A stretch of 64,000 nt of DNA from Bacteriovoracia bacterium (lineage in GTDB: Bacteria > Bdellovibrionota > UBA1018 > CAIPTA01). The notes under the pieces are model-generated. The model searched no databases, had not been told where the DNA came from, and worked only from the letters and a program-made list of their open reading frames with translations. How positions within the stretch are numbered: position 1 is the first letter of the stretch; each line of letters opens with the position of its first letter. The translations under genes were made by a program, and so were the position numbers. Below are positions 38,185-47,584 of this stretch, one piece after another. Where the stretch lies: the NCBI GenBank assembly GCA_050246755.1, contig JBFWVL010000004.1, forward strand, positions 160,001 to 224,000, in the 5' to 3' direction.

Positions 38185-40002
38185 ATGAGGCCAGCGAAAG
38201 AATCTTCCCCTGCGTTCAAGCTGAGCCGAGCGTCGCTCGTTTCCTATTTCTCCGATACTCGGAAGGGCTTAGCGCTCGCCTGGAAAGCCTCTCCCCGCCT
38301 CGGCCTCGTCATTACCTTTCTCACTGCGGTCTCCGCCGCTCTTCCTCCCGCCCTGGCCTACGTGGGAAAACTCATCATCGATGCGGTGGTGGCCCATTCC
38401 GTCGAGCGCACCGTGGAGCTGGTGGTTGTGGAGTTCGGAATCATCGCCGCGATCACGATCGTGCAGCGCGCTTTGTTTTTGGCGCGAACTCTTTTGGGAA
38501 ATCGTCTCGGCATCAACGTGAACACGATGATCCTCGAGAAAGCCGTGGCGCTGGATTTGGCGCAGATCGAGAATTCCGAGTTTTACGATAAGCTCAACCG
38601 CGCCCGCCAAGAAGCCTCTTCGCGTTCCCTCTCGATGGTGACCGATACCTTCCAGTTCATCCAGAACGCGCTCACGCTATTCGGCTACATCGCGCTTTTG
38701 CTTTCCTTCAGCCACTGGGCCGTGCTCGCCCTCGTGCTTGCGTCGCTTCCGGCCACGATCGCCGAGATGCGATTTTCCTCGATTGGATTCCGGCTCTATA
38801 ACTGGCGCTCGGCCGACCGCCGCAAATTGGCCTACATGGAGTACGTGCTCGCCACCGATAGCCACGCCAAGGAAGTAAGGATCTTTGGCCTGGCGAAAAA
38901 ATTCCTGCAGAGGTTCCGCGAGCTCGCCGAGAAATTTTACGGCGAAGATTCCGCCCTCGCCACCCGCCGCACGATCTGGGTGATCCTTCTTTCCATGCTT
39001 TCTTCGGGCGCCTTCTACGGCTGTTACGTGGCGATCGCGATTCAGGCCGCGCGCGGAGAGCTTACCCTCGGTAATCTTACCCTCTACGTAGTGGTTTTCC
39101 GCCAGGGGCAGCAGGCCTTTCAGTCCTGCCTCGGCGCGATCGGCGGAACCTACGAGCATAATTTGTACCTCTCAAATCTCTTCGAGTTTCTTGCCATTCC
39201 GCACGCCGCCGTTCCCTCCCCTAAAGAGAAATCCGCTTCCGTGCCCAAAGACGGAATCTATTTCGATCGCGTGAGCTTCCGCTATCCCGGCCGCGAGCAG
39301 TGGGCTCTTCGCAATATCACTCTGCATATTCCGAACGGACAAAGCGTGGCGGTGGTGGGCTCGAACGGCGCCGGCAAAAGCACCCTCATCAAATTATTTT
39401 GCCGCCTCTATTATCCCACCGAAGGAAGAATTTTTCTTGATGGGAAAGACCTCCTCGACTGGGACGGTGAGGCCCTCCTCCGGCGCATCAGCGTGGTATT
39501 TCAGGATTTCAATAAGTACCAATTGCCCGTGCGCGAGAACGTGGGAGTGGGCGAAGTGGACGCCATCGAAGACGACGCTCATATTAAACGAGCGATGGAT
39601 CTGGGCGGCTCGGCCGATCTTTTGGGTGAATTACCCCAGGGCCTCGATACACCGCTGGGTAGCTGGTTCAAGCAGGGGCGTGAATTGAGCGGCGGGCAAT
39701 GGCAGAAGATCGCGGTGTCCCGGGCCTTCATGCGGGAGAGCGCCGATATTTTGATCCTCGATGAGCCCACCGCCGCCCTCGATGCGGAGGCCGAGAGCCT
39801 GGCTTTTCAGAAGTTCCGGGAGCTTACCGTGGGTAAGACGAGCCTCATCATCTCCCATCGTTTCCCGGTGGCCCGCCTCGCCGACCATATCGTGGTGATC
39901 GAGCATGGCCAGATCCAGGAAGAAGGCTCCCATGCGGCTCTAATCGAAAAAAACGGCCGTTACGCGCAGCTTTTCGCCCTCCAGGCCAAAGGCTACGCCT
40001 AA
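38185..40002 (+). CDS. ABC exporter, fused permease and ATPase
   Basis: N-terminal TM domain; GSNGAGKST, LSGGQWQ, ILDEPT, SHR. Confidence 0.92.
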   Translation: MRPAKESSPAFKLSRASLVSYFSDTRKGLALAWKASPRLGLVITFLTAVSAALPPALAYVGKLIIDAVVAHSVERTVELVVVEFGIIAAITIVQRALFLARTLLGNRLGINVNTMILEKAVALDLAQIENSEFYDKLNRARQEASSRSLSMVTDTFQFIQNALTLFGYIALLLSFSHWAVLALVLASLPATIAEMRFSSIGFRLYNWRSADRRKLAYMEYVLATDSHAKEVRIFGLAKKFLQRFRELAEKFYGEDSALATRRTIWVILLSMLSSGAFYGCYVAIAIQAARGELTLGNLTLYVVVFRQGQQAFQSCLGAIGGTYEHNLYLSNLFEFLAIPHAAVPSPKEKSASVPKDGIYFDRVSFRYPGREQWALRNITLHIPNGQSVAVVGSNGAGKSTLIKLFCRLYYPTEGRIFLDGKDLLDWDGEALLRRISVVFQDFNKYQLPVRENVGVGEVDAIEDDAHIKRAMDLGGSADLLGELPQGLDTPLGSWFKQGRELSGGQWQKIAVSRAFMRESADILILDEPTAALDAEAESLAFQKFRELTVGKTSLIISHRFPVARLADHIVVIEHGQIQEEGSHAALIEKNGRYAQLFALQAKGYA

Positions 40003-40009
40003 ATAATAC

Positions 40010-40038
40010 TTGACCAATTTAATGCATTGCGTTAAGTT
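40010..40038 (+). promoter_or_regulatory. sigma70-type promoter for the 40075 gene
   Basis: TTGACC-N17-TAAGTT. Confidence 0.55.
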
Positions 40039-40074
40039 CCGCGTCGCCTCCTAACCTTTGCCCCAAAGGACCCT

Positions 40075-40929
40075 ATGAAATCCACCCTTCTCTGCCTCAG
40101 CACCATCTCCCTGGCCCTTTCTTCTGCTGCCCACGCCGCTCCCAATGCGGAAAAAGTGGTGGCTGCGCTGAATGCCGCCATCGGGGAAGAGGTTGCTCAA
40201 GTAGAGAACGGAAGGATTAAATTAGCTAAATCCCAGCGTAATAATAAAGATGCCGGCTTCGAAGACTGCCGCCAGCTCGCGATCAATAGCGCGCTCGTGG
40301 ACGTGGGCATGGGAGGCGAAAGCGCCGAGTTCGTGGCGAAAGGCTCTCACCGCATTCTTCTTTCCATGATCGGCAAAGATTCCTTCCGCGGAATGGTAGG
40401 CATGCGAGTGACCCAGGAAAACGGCGGCATCGCCGAACGTACCTATTCTTACCTTATGAAAGACGGCGAGAAAAAGCGCTGCGATCTCGTGGCGAACGAA
40501 GGTTCCGTAAGCGGAATGCGCAAGCGCAATGCCGTGGAAAAAGAATATCTTAAAAACACGATCCCTACTCTCAGCGCGGAAGATCTCGCCAAGATGAAAG
40601 AAAAGGCGAAGGCCACCACCAATGAGCAATTGGCCGGCGAAAACGTGAAAAAGCTTTTGCACGGGGAGTGCGCCGAAACGGCCCTCAATCAGGCCCTGGC
40701 GGGCTCGAGCAAGATTTTCCAGGCGAAATCGAAAGAAAAAGCGGTTTCTTTCCTCATGCTCGGCCTCAATGATTCTTCCCTCGTAACCGAAGGCACCGCC
40801 GCTAAAGGCAGCATCAAAGTGGTGATGACGGACGGCCAAACCACGATCAAATCCATCACTACCCTGCAAATGATGGAAGGCGATAAATCCTGCACGCTTA
40901 CTTCGGTGAGCACTGCCGAAGTAAAATAG
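40075..40929 (+). CDS. Hypothetical secreted protein with two internal Cys-bracketed repeats
   Basis: SD AAGGA; signal peptide ending AAHA; see findings. Confidence 0.7.
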   Translation: MKSTLLCLSTISLALSSAAHAAPNAEKVVAALNAAIGEEVAQVENGRIKLAKSQRNNKDAGFEDCRQLAINSALVDVGMGGESAEFVAKGSHRILLSMIGKDSFRGMVGMRVTQENGGIAERTYSYLMKDGEKKRCDLVANEGSVSGMRKRNAVEKEYLKNTIPTLSAEDLAKMKEKAKATTNEQLAGENVKKLLHGECAETALNQALAGSSKIFQAKSKEKAVSFLMLGLNDSSLVTEGTAAKGSIKVVMTDGQTTIKSITTLQMMEGDKSCTLTSVSTAEVK

Positions 40930-40933
40930 ATTT

Positions 40934-41713
40934 TTAGCGCTCCCGAAACGGCTCCGCCAGCTGCGCGAAAAAAGTCTGGGGGTAAGAACGCTCGCCCGGG
41001 ATTCCGTACTCTCTTCTCTCCGCGGTGGGCGCGGCGTAACTGCCCATCAGGCGATCCCAGAACGTGAACATCGTGGCGAAATTTTTCCCGGCCTGCTGCG
41101 TATGGTGCAGGTGGTGTACTTCGGGCGTGACGAATACCTTAGTAACCAAGCCCAAATTTTTTTCCGAAAGCGGCAACTTCAAATTCGAATGAATGAAGGC
41201 GCCCCAGCAAGTGAAGATCACCAGCGTAACTACGCCCACCTTCGGATCGGAAACCACGAAGCAGAGAATAAGAAATCTCACCATCATCAGCACGGCCTGA
41301 GAGACAGCCTCGAGCGGACTACGGCGAAAAGAAGAAAAGGCGTCGAGCATGAGGATCGAATGATGGGCCTTATGAAATTTCCAGAAGAGCGGCACGCGGT
41401 GGTGCAGTACGTGCGCGAGAGTGAGCGCGAGATCGAAGAGCAGGAGCGAGAGGAGTAGCTGGAGGCTCCAGTGAAGCCGGAAGGGTTTCTCCCAGCCGAA
41501 CATGAACTCCAGCGAAAAAAGGAATACGAGAACCTTTGGGCTGAACAATAAATCCGCGGCCACATTGCTGCCGAGATAAAGAAGATCCGTGCCCATATAA
41601 GGGCGAAGAAAAGGCGAGCGCTGGCGCTGCAGGGCTGGAATCCGCTCTAGCGCGGCGAATACCAAAATCGGCACCAGCACGATGGCGAGAAAATAAAGAG
41701 AGGCGGAAAGCAT
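40934..41713 (-). CDS. Sterol desaturase / fatty acid hydroxylase family
   Basis: His boxes HVLHH, HKAHH, HSN, HHLHH; WDRLMGS. Confidence 0.85.
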   Translation of the reverse strand: MLSASLYFLAIVLVPILVFAALERIPALQRQRSPFLRPYMGTDLLYLGSNVAADLLFSPKVLVFLFSLEFMFGWEKPFRLHWSLQLLLSLLLFDLALTLAHVLHHRVPLFWKFHKAHHSILMLDAFSSFRRSPLEAVSQAVLMMVRFLILCFVVSDPKVGVVTLVIFTCWGAFIHSNLKLPLSEKNLGLVTKVFVTPEVHHLHHTQQAGKNFATMFTFWDRLMGSYAAPTAERREYGIPGERSYPQTFFAQLAEPFRER

Positions 41714-41749
41714 CCACCTAAGTATAGCGCGGCAGCCGCGCTCCGCAAC

Positions 41750-42022
41750 TTAAGCGTAGCGCTGGATTAGGTGATAGCCGAACTGGGTCTTTACGGGAGT
41801 AGGAGTGGTTTCCCCTACTTTCAAGCCGAAGGCGGCGTCTTCAAAGCTCTTCACCATGCTGCCTTTACCGAATTCACCGAGGTCGCCGCCGTCTTCGCCG
41901 GAGGGGCATTTCGAGTGTTCTTTGGCGAGTTCTTCGAAGGTTTTCCCGTCGTTGATTTTCTTCAGGAGATCCTGGGCTTCGAACTCTTGGTCTACGAGAA
42001 TATGGCGTGCTTTGATTTTCAT
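41750..42022 (-). CDS. ppiC: Parvulin-type peptidyl-prolyl isomerase
   Basis: ARHILV, FEELAKEHSKCPS, GGDLGEF, KTQFGYHLI. Confidence 0.92.
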   Translation of the reverse strand: MKIKARHILVDQEFEAQDLLKKINDGKTFEELAKEHSKCPSGEDGGDLGEFGKGSMVKSFEDAAFGLKVGETTPTPVKTQFGYHLIQRYA

Positions 42023-42092
42023 GGGGTCTCCTAAAATAAAAATGCCGTCCCACTATACCTGGATAGCGGGGCGGCAATTCAAGAAAAATCGT

Positions 42093-42359
42093 CTAGTATT
42101 GCTGTTGGCCGTGGAACCAGCAGTAGGTTGAATCGGTATCGATGCCGCGCTCGCAGCCAAAATTTTTGCCGTATTTGGCCTTAGCGTAGGGCATGCCGGT
42201 ATGCTCTTCGTATACTCTCTGCTCCGGAAGGGCGAGGCTGTCGTACAGTTCGCGTGCGGCAACGCCACTGATGCGAACTTCTTTTTCTTCTACGGTTTGG
42301 AAAGAAGCTGCGGAAGCAGTGAAGGGAAGAAGGGCTAGGATGAAGAGGATTTTCGTCAT
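42093..42359 (-). CDS. Small secreted protein with one Cys pair
   Basis: SD AGGAG; signal peptide ending TASA; C-x9-C near the C-terminus. Confidence 0.65.
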   Translation of the reverse strand: MTKILFILALLPFTASAASFQTVEEKEVRISGVAARELYDSLALPEQRVYEEHTGMPYAKAKYGKNFGCERGIDTDSTYCWFHGQQQY

Positions 42360-42434
42360 TTTGAACTCCTGTGTTTTTTAGTTGAGAGGTAGATACCAAA
42401 GAAAAAGAGATTCGAGCGTTAGGATTTGGTTGAG

Positions 42435-43469
42435 CTAAGGGGCAGCACAGCGCTTTTCTGCCTCAGCTATTGTTGCTTTAGCGGTTTCGAGGAAGGCTTT
42501 CGATTTCCCTCCACCTTCCCCCTGCGTGAAAGTAAAAAAGGCGGTACCCGCTTCCTGAAACCGGGAATGGAGGCCACGTTTTTGGCAGGTTTTGAATGCC
42601 CCAATTAGCCGCGGAATAGATTCGCGTACCCAATAATCTTGCCCTTCGGGAGTTTCGCGCAGGAAGGAGGCTACGATATCCGAATTTTTGGCTTTCGCTA
42701 AAATCTCATCGAGAGTTTTCTGACTTACCCTAGGATCATCACCGAGAGCCCCCCACAAGAGAGCTAAGAGCGTTCCCCCATACACGCCGGTATTTACCCC
42801 CGAATACATACGCACCCGGCTCTCAAAATCCCAATTCGCCTGGGCTAGCGTCTGCAAAACAATTTTGGGAGAGGCTTCTATTTTTTCGATGCAGCTGCGG
42901 TCGCGGATATACCAGCTTTCAGCCCACGAGTCGTCTTTCATTACCTTGGCGCCGATGTCGGCCAGGTAGCGAGATTGAATTTGAGCACAGCGATCTTCTG
43001 ATTTGCCGTAGGCCACGGGATTGCCCATGGAGAGCAGCGTGGTGCAATCATCGTTTTCTGCGTTTCTATTCAAACATTCCTCAGTGGTGCGCATCAACTC
43101 GTCGATATGCGCCAATACCCAGTTCACATAACGAGGGTCTTTGAGGCCCGCGGCGGATGATTTTGCGGTCCGGCATTCCTCCTTCAGGGTGATCTTCATC
43201 ACCCAGGGAGTCTTCGGTTCTCCAAAGTATAAGTTTCCGTAGAGCTCGAGGTTATCGAAGTTGGAGCCACCATAGAGCCCACGCCGATAGGGAACTAATC
43301 CATAGCGGGTGTCGGTCCCCATGATGCTTTTATCCCAAACGTCTGGAGGAATATTCCCCGCTTTGTCATTGGCCAAGAGGTGGGGCTTTTGTCCCACGTG
43401 GTAGAGCACCTTGGGCGGCAATTCCTGGGCGAAAGCGAGGCTAGTTAAGAAAAGAAAAAGTATCATCAT
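42435..43469 (-). CDS. Hypothetical secreted Cys-rich protein (possible ART-like N-terminal domain)
   Basis: Signal peptide ending LAFA; overlaps the folE stop; LYH...GLY...LYG...VMKITL. Confidence 0.65.
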   Translation of the reverse strand: MMILFLFLTSLAFAQELPPKVLYHVGQKPHLLANDKAGNIPPDVWDKSIMGTDTRYGLVPYRRGLYGGSNFDNLELYGNLYFGEPKTPWVMKITLKEECRTAKSSAAGLKDPRYVNWVLAHIDELMRTTEECLNRNAENDDCTTLLSMGNPVAYGKSEDRCAQIQSRYLADIGAKVMKDDSWAESWYIRDRSCIEKIEASPKIVLQTLAQANWDFESRVRMYSGVNTGVYGGTLLALLWGALGDDPRVSQKTLDEILAKAKNSDIVASFLRETPEGQDYWVRESIPRLIGAFKTCQKRGLHSRFQEAGTAFFTFTQGEGGGKSKAFLETAKATIAEAEKRCAAP

Positions 43470-44107
43470 CGGCAGCTATTCAAAAACTCTTGGCGCGTCT
43501 CGGAATTATTCCGGAAAGCCCCGCGTAAATCGGTGGTGATCGTTTCGCTATTGATGTCCTCTACTCCCCGTGAAATCACACAGTAGTGCTTGGCTTTGAT
43601 GTAAACGGCCACGTCTTCAGTATTGAGGATATGGCAGAGGCTGTCCACGATCTGCTTCGTGAGGCGTTCCTGCACCTGCGGGCGGCGGGAAAAGTAGTCG
43701 GCAATGCGGTTGATCTTGGAGAGGCCGATCACGCCGTGGCTGGGAATATAGGCGATATGGGCGGTGCCGTGGATGGTCACGAAATGGTGTTCGCAGAGGG
43801 AAATTACCTTCACGTCGCGCACCACCACCATTTGGTCGTAGAGCATCTTGTTCTCGATCACGGTCATTTTGGGAAAATTAGCGGGCTTCAGGCCACGGAA
43901 AAGCTCTTGCACGTACATCTTAGCCACTCGGCGGGGACTCTCTTTGAGGCTATCGTCGGTGAGGTCGAGGCCGAGCGTCTCCATGATTTCTTTGAAATTT
44001 TCGCTGATTTTCGTGATCTTTTGCTCGTCGGTGAGGCCGTTGTCCTTCCAGGGATTGGGGCGCACGTTCGAGAGGATGCAATTTGGATCGTTTAAGTCTC
44101 TTCCCAT
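43466..44107 (-). CDS. folE: GTP cyclohydrolase I
   Basis: SPRRVAKMY, SLCEHHF, GLSKINR, RPQVQERLT, HYCVISRG. Confidence 0.96.
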   Translation of the reverse strand: MGRDLNDPNCILSNVRPNPWKDNGLTDEQKITKISENFKEIMETLGLDLTDDSLKESPRRVAKMYVQELFRGLKPANFPKMTVIENKMLYDQMVVVRDVKVISLCEHHFVTIHGTAHIAYIPSHGVIGLSKINRIADYFSRRPQVQERLTKQIVDSLCHILNTEDVAVYIKAKHYCVISRGVEDINSETITTDLRGAFRNNSETRQEFLNSCR

Positions 44108-44184
44108 AGGGGAGATCTACCACTATAGCCGGGGATGGCAAATACTTCTTGCGGTGCGGCGGCCCCATGCTAAAACGGTGGCCC

Positions 44185-45063
44185 ATGCCTTCCACCATCC
44201 TATTCCTGCGCGATTTCACGGTCTTGGACTACGCGTTCTTCGACGCCGAGGATGGTTTGCAGGGCGAGAGTTTCTACGTTTCCGCTGAATTAGGCGGCAC
44301 TCTCGATCACCAAGGTTTCATTTTCGATTTCGGCCCGGCCAAAAAACTCCTGAAAAAGCTCGTGGACGATAGCTTCGATCATAAGCTCGTGGTCACGAGC
44401 CGCGGGCCGGGGCTCACGAAATCAGAGCGTGGCTGGAATTTCGCGACGCCCACAGAAAAGTTTTCCTACTCCACTCCCGATGCCGGCTGGACGCTGATCG
44501 GCGGCGCGCGCGTGACGCCCGAGGCGATCTCCTCCGAGCTCGCGGCCCTCGCCAAACAAGTTTTGCCCGCCAACGTGGAAAGCGTGCGCTTTGAATTGCG
44601 TTCCGACACGCGCTTCGAAAAAGAAGCGAACTTCCGTTACACCCACGGGCTTCGTTACCACGACGGAAATTGCCAGCGCTTATTTCATGGCCACCGCAAT
44701 CCCATCGAAGTTTGGCTCAACGGGGCGCGGGATGAAAAATGGGAATTATTCTTAGCTACCGAGTGGGAGGGAGCGCACTTCACCGCGGCTCCTACTCTCG
44801 TGAATCGTGCCGAGCTGGATTTATCGTTGGGCCGGCGCTTCTTCGGCCATTCCGGCGTGGCCGAAATTTCCTACTCGGCACCGCAGGGAGAATTTTCTGC
44901 GAAAATTCCTGCGGCCCGTATCGTATTGCTCGAAACGGAGCCTTCGATCGAGAATATCGCTAAGCTGGGGTTTGAATTGCTCCGCCGGGAAGGCGTGGCC
45001 GGTGAGTTGGTGGTGCGAGCTTATGAAGGCCTGAACAAGGGCGCGAGCTTTACGGGCCGCTAA
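44185..45063 (+). CDS. Two-domain 6-carboxytetrahydropterin synthase (QueD/PTPS)-like protein
   Basis: N-terminal domain FIFDFG...FDHKL; C-terminal domain YTHGL...GNCQRLFHGH; divergent from folE. Confidence 0.75.
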   Translation: MPSTILFLRDFTVLDYAFFDAEDGLQGESFYVSAELGGTLDHQGFIFDFGPAKKLLKKLVDDSFDHKLVVTSRGPGLTKSERGWNFATPTEKFSYSTPDAGWTLIGGARVTPEAISSELAALAKQVLPANVESVRFELRSDTRFEKEANFRYTHGLRYHDGNCQRLFHGHRNPIEVWLNGARDEKWELFLATEWEGAHFTAAPTLVNRAELDLSLGRRFFGHSGVAEISYSAPQGEFSAKIPAARIVLLETEPSIENIAKLGFELLRREGVAGELVVRAYEGLNKGASFTGR

Positions 45064-45763
45064 GGCGCTTCTGCAGCAGCAGGCAATAGTCTCGGATCAT
45101 TTCTCGGTATTTTTTCTCGTTTGCCGGATCCATATTCACGAAGCGCAGGCCGAAAGAGCGAGTGATCGTTTTATCTTCATGCTCGTGGGCCGTTAAGTTT
45201 CTTACTTCCGCCGATAGATTTGCCATGATGGAGCCCGTGGTGGTGAGCAGATCGAAAGATAGCATGGCCCCTACCCTCACTTCCCCGAGGTGATCGCCGA
45301 GCGTTTCGATGCGTAGGCCGCCTAAGGTGAAGTTCAGCACGTTCACGAAAAAATCCTGGGAAGCGAAACGAACCATGCAGAGATTCGGTACGGGAAAATC
45401 CGGATCCTGGATGCCATTCACGTTGATGCGCGGGAATTTTCGCTGCCAGCCCGGAGAGATGCCTTCCGCGGTCATGCGCTGGCGCAGGAAGGCTTTTTGG
45501 TTCTCATCGAGGCCGCGGAAGCGGATTTCGAAAAAAGAGCCGTGTTCCACATGCTGCTGCAGGAGCACGCCGGACAGCTTCAGGGGAGGCAAGCTTACGT
45601 TCACGGGTTGGCCTATCGCATTTTTCCAAAAGTCGGAAAGCCCGGCGGAAAGAAAAATTTTGGTGATTCCCTGCTCGGAAAATAATCCCTGGAGGTTCAG
45701 TGATTGCCCTTGGTACTCGATATCGAAGCCGCTGTGAAAAAATTTTGCTTGGATCGGATCCAT
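45050..45763 (-). CDS. PilZ-domain (c-di-GMP-binding) protein
   Basis: QRKFPR (RxxxR) and NFTLGG (D/NxSxxG-like), C-terminal GLRF. Confidence 0.7.
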   Translation of the reverse strand: MDPIQAKFFHSGFDIEYQGQSLNLQGLFSEQGITKIFLSAGLSDFWKNAIGQPVNVSLPPLKLSGVLLQQHVEHGSFFEIRFRGLDENQKAFLRQRMTAEGISPGWQRKFPRINVNGIQDPDFPVPNLCMVRFASQDFFVNVLNFTLGGLRIETLGDHLGEVRVGAMLSFDLLTTTGSIMANLSAEVRNLTAHEHEDKTITRSFGLRFVNMDPANEKKYREMIRDYCLLLQKRLSGP

Positions 45764-46165
45764 TTACTTCAGCTTGTCCGGGCCGAAGGGCTGGGGCAAG
45801 AACTGGCGGAGCTCCACTTTTTTCTGGATGCCCTTCGGGGTGGCCACGTATACGGGAAAATCGGGGCCGCAGAATTCGGCCATTACCTGGAGGCAAATTC
45901 CGCAGGGAGTGGCTTCGGGTTCGGTAACCAGCACCAAGGCTTCGGGGTTAATCTTGCCAAATTTGGCCACGGCGGCGTTGAAGGCGTTACGCTCGGCGCA
46001 GATGGTGGCTCCGTAACTGGCGTTTTCCACGTTGCAGCCGCCCACGATCTCGCCCGAAGGCAGCAGGATCGCGGCGCCCACGCGGAATTTTGAGTACGGT
46101 GCATGCGCGTTATTTCTCGCCTGAACGGCGGCCGCGAATACTTCTTGTAGCTTTTGGTCCGTCAT
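45764..46165 (-). CDS. cdd: Cytidine deaminase (homotetrameric type)
   Basis: APYSKFRVGAA, GCNVENASYG, CAERNA, PCGICLQ. Confidence 0.95.
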   Translation of the reverse strand: MTDQKLQEVFAAAVQARNNAHAPYSKFRVGAAILLPSGEIVGGCNVENASYGATICAERNAFNAAVAKFGKINPEALVLVTEPEATPCGICLQVMAEFCGPDFPVYVATPKGIQKKVELRQFLPQPFGPDKLK

Positions 46166-46202
46166 TTCTTTCCCAGTATAAATCGAAACTGCTTAGCCCG
46201 CA

Positions 46203-47525
46203 TCAGGCCCTTTCGTAAAGACGGTGGGTCTCGCCGCGAATTTCGATTCTTCCGTGTAGGGTGGTGCCGAGGAAGCAGGAATTTTCCGACAGGCCCGGCA
46301 AATCTGCCAGCCCCACTTTGAAATCGGCGATGGGATCCACAAAAACCAGGCCGGTGGAGTGCGCGAATTCGGCACGATGCAAAATTTTTCTCGGCACCGT
46401 GGAAAATACTTCCACGAGCCGGGAAAGGGAAAGCTCCCCTTCTTTTACCAGCGTGGTGAGCACCGAGAGGGCCGTTTCCATTCCGCGCGTGCCGAAGGGA
46501 GATTTTATCCAGCCCTGTTTTTTCAGCGCAAGCTCGTGCGGGGCGTGGTCGGTGGAAACGCAGTCGATGGTGCCGTCACGCAGGGCTTCGCGGAGCGCGG
46601 CCCTGTCTTCCGGGGCGAAGAGCGGAGGATTCATCTTGAAGTTGGTGGACTCGGCGCCCTCGCTGAGCGGGATATCGGCGTTCGAGAAAAATAGGTGGTG
46701 GGGCGTTACTTCGGCCGTCACGTTCAGCCCTTCCGCCTTGGCTTTGCGGATTTCGGCGAGGGTTTCGCGCGTGGAGATATGCAGGATATGGTAGCGGGCT
46801 TTGGGCGTTTTGCGCAGGAGCGCGATATCCCGGGCCACCATGCTGCTCTCGGCGTCGCGGGGATAAACCGGAAGGCCCTGGGATTTTTGGAATGCACTCT
46901 CGGGCGTCACGCCCTTATGGCCGGGGGTTTCGGCGTGTTGCTGGAACAATAAATCGTTGGCGGCGCATGCAGCGAAGATTTTTGCCTGGGCTTGGTCGCT
47001 CTTCACGCCCCAGCCGTCGTCGGTGATCGCCACGGCCCCGGCTTTGGCGAGCGCGTCGATGTCGGCGGCTTCCTGGCCCTGCATGCCCACGGTGGCGGAA
47101 GCGGTAAAGCCCACGCGAACGGGGTAATCCGCAGCCCGGTCTTCCCAGGATTCGATGGCCGCCCGTAGTGCTTCGGGTTTGTCGAGGAAAGGTTGGGTAT
47201 TGGGCATGGTCACCACGGAGTCGTAGCCGCCATAGAGCGCGGATTCGAGGCCGCCTTCCAATGTTTCTTTGTGGGCTTGGCCAGGATGGCGCAGGTGTAC
47301 CTGGAGATCGATGCCCGTAGGAAGGGCTAGCCAATGGGCGGGAATTTCGCGGAGGGTGGCGCCCTCGGAGCGCATTTTCTCCACGAGGCCAACTGCATCG
47401 GAGCCGCTCACTTGGCCGAGAATCGTCCACGCGCGCACGATCGTATTTTTTTCCTTTTGGAAAATTACCCAGCCCTTAGGGGCGGTGGAGAAACGGAAAG
47501 GTGCTTTACGAATCACGGAAGACAT
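46203..47525 (-). CDS. pyrC: Dihydroorotase (type I)
   Basis: DLQVHLR, MPNTQP, HIST, EVTPHHL, KMNPPL, TDHAPH. Confidence 0.88.
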   Translation of the reverse strand: MSSVIRKAPFRFSTAPKGWVIFQKEKNTIVRAWTILGQVSGSDAVGLVEKMRSEGATLREIPAHWLALPTGIDLQVHLRHPGQAHKETLEGGLESALYGGYDSVVTMPNTQPFLDKPEALRAAIESWEDRAADYPVRVGFTASATVGMQGQEAADIDALAKAGAVAITDDGWGVKSDQAQAKIFAACAANDLLFQQHAETPGHKGVTPESAFQKSQGLPVYPRDAESSMVARDIALLRKTPKARYHILHISTRETLAEIRKAKAEGLNVTAEVTPHHLFFSNADIPLSEGAESTNFKMNPPLFAPEDRAALREALRDGTIDCVSTDHAPHELALKKQGWIKSPFGTRGMETALSVLTTLVKEGELSLSRLVEVFSTVPRKILHRAEFAHSTGLVFVDPIADFKVGLADLPGLSENSCFLGTTLHGRIEIRGETHRLYERA

Positions 47526-47584
47526 AGGTTTATTCTAAAGGTATAGTACAGGAGATAACCACAAAGCGAAAATAAGGAGATGGG

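Noticed and set aside
43465-43492. CCAAG-N15-GCCGATGA sigma28-like motif on the minus strand at the folE end
   Set aside because: The -10 box overlaps the start codon of the gene it would drive, and it lies in folE coding sequence; probably chance.
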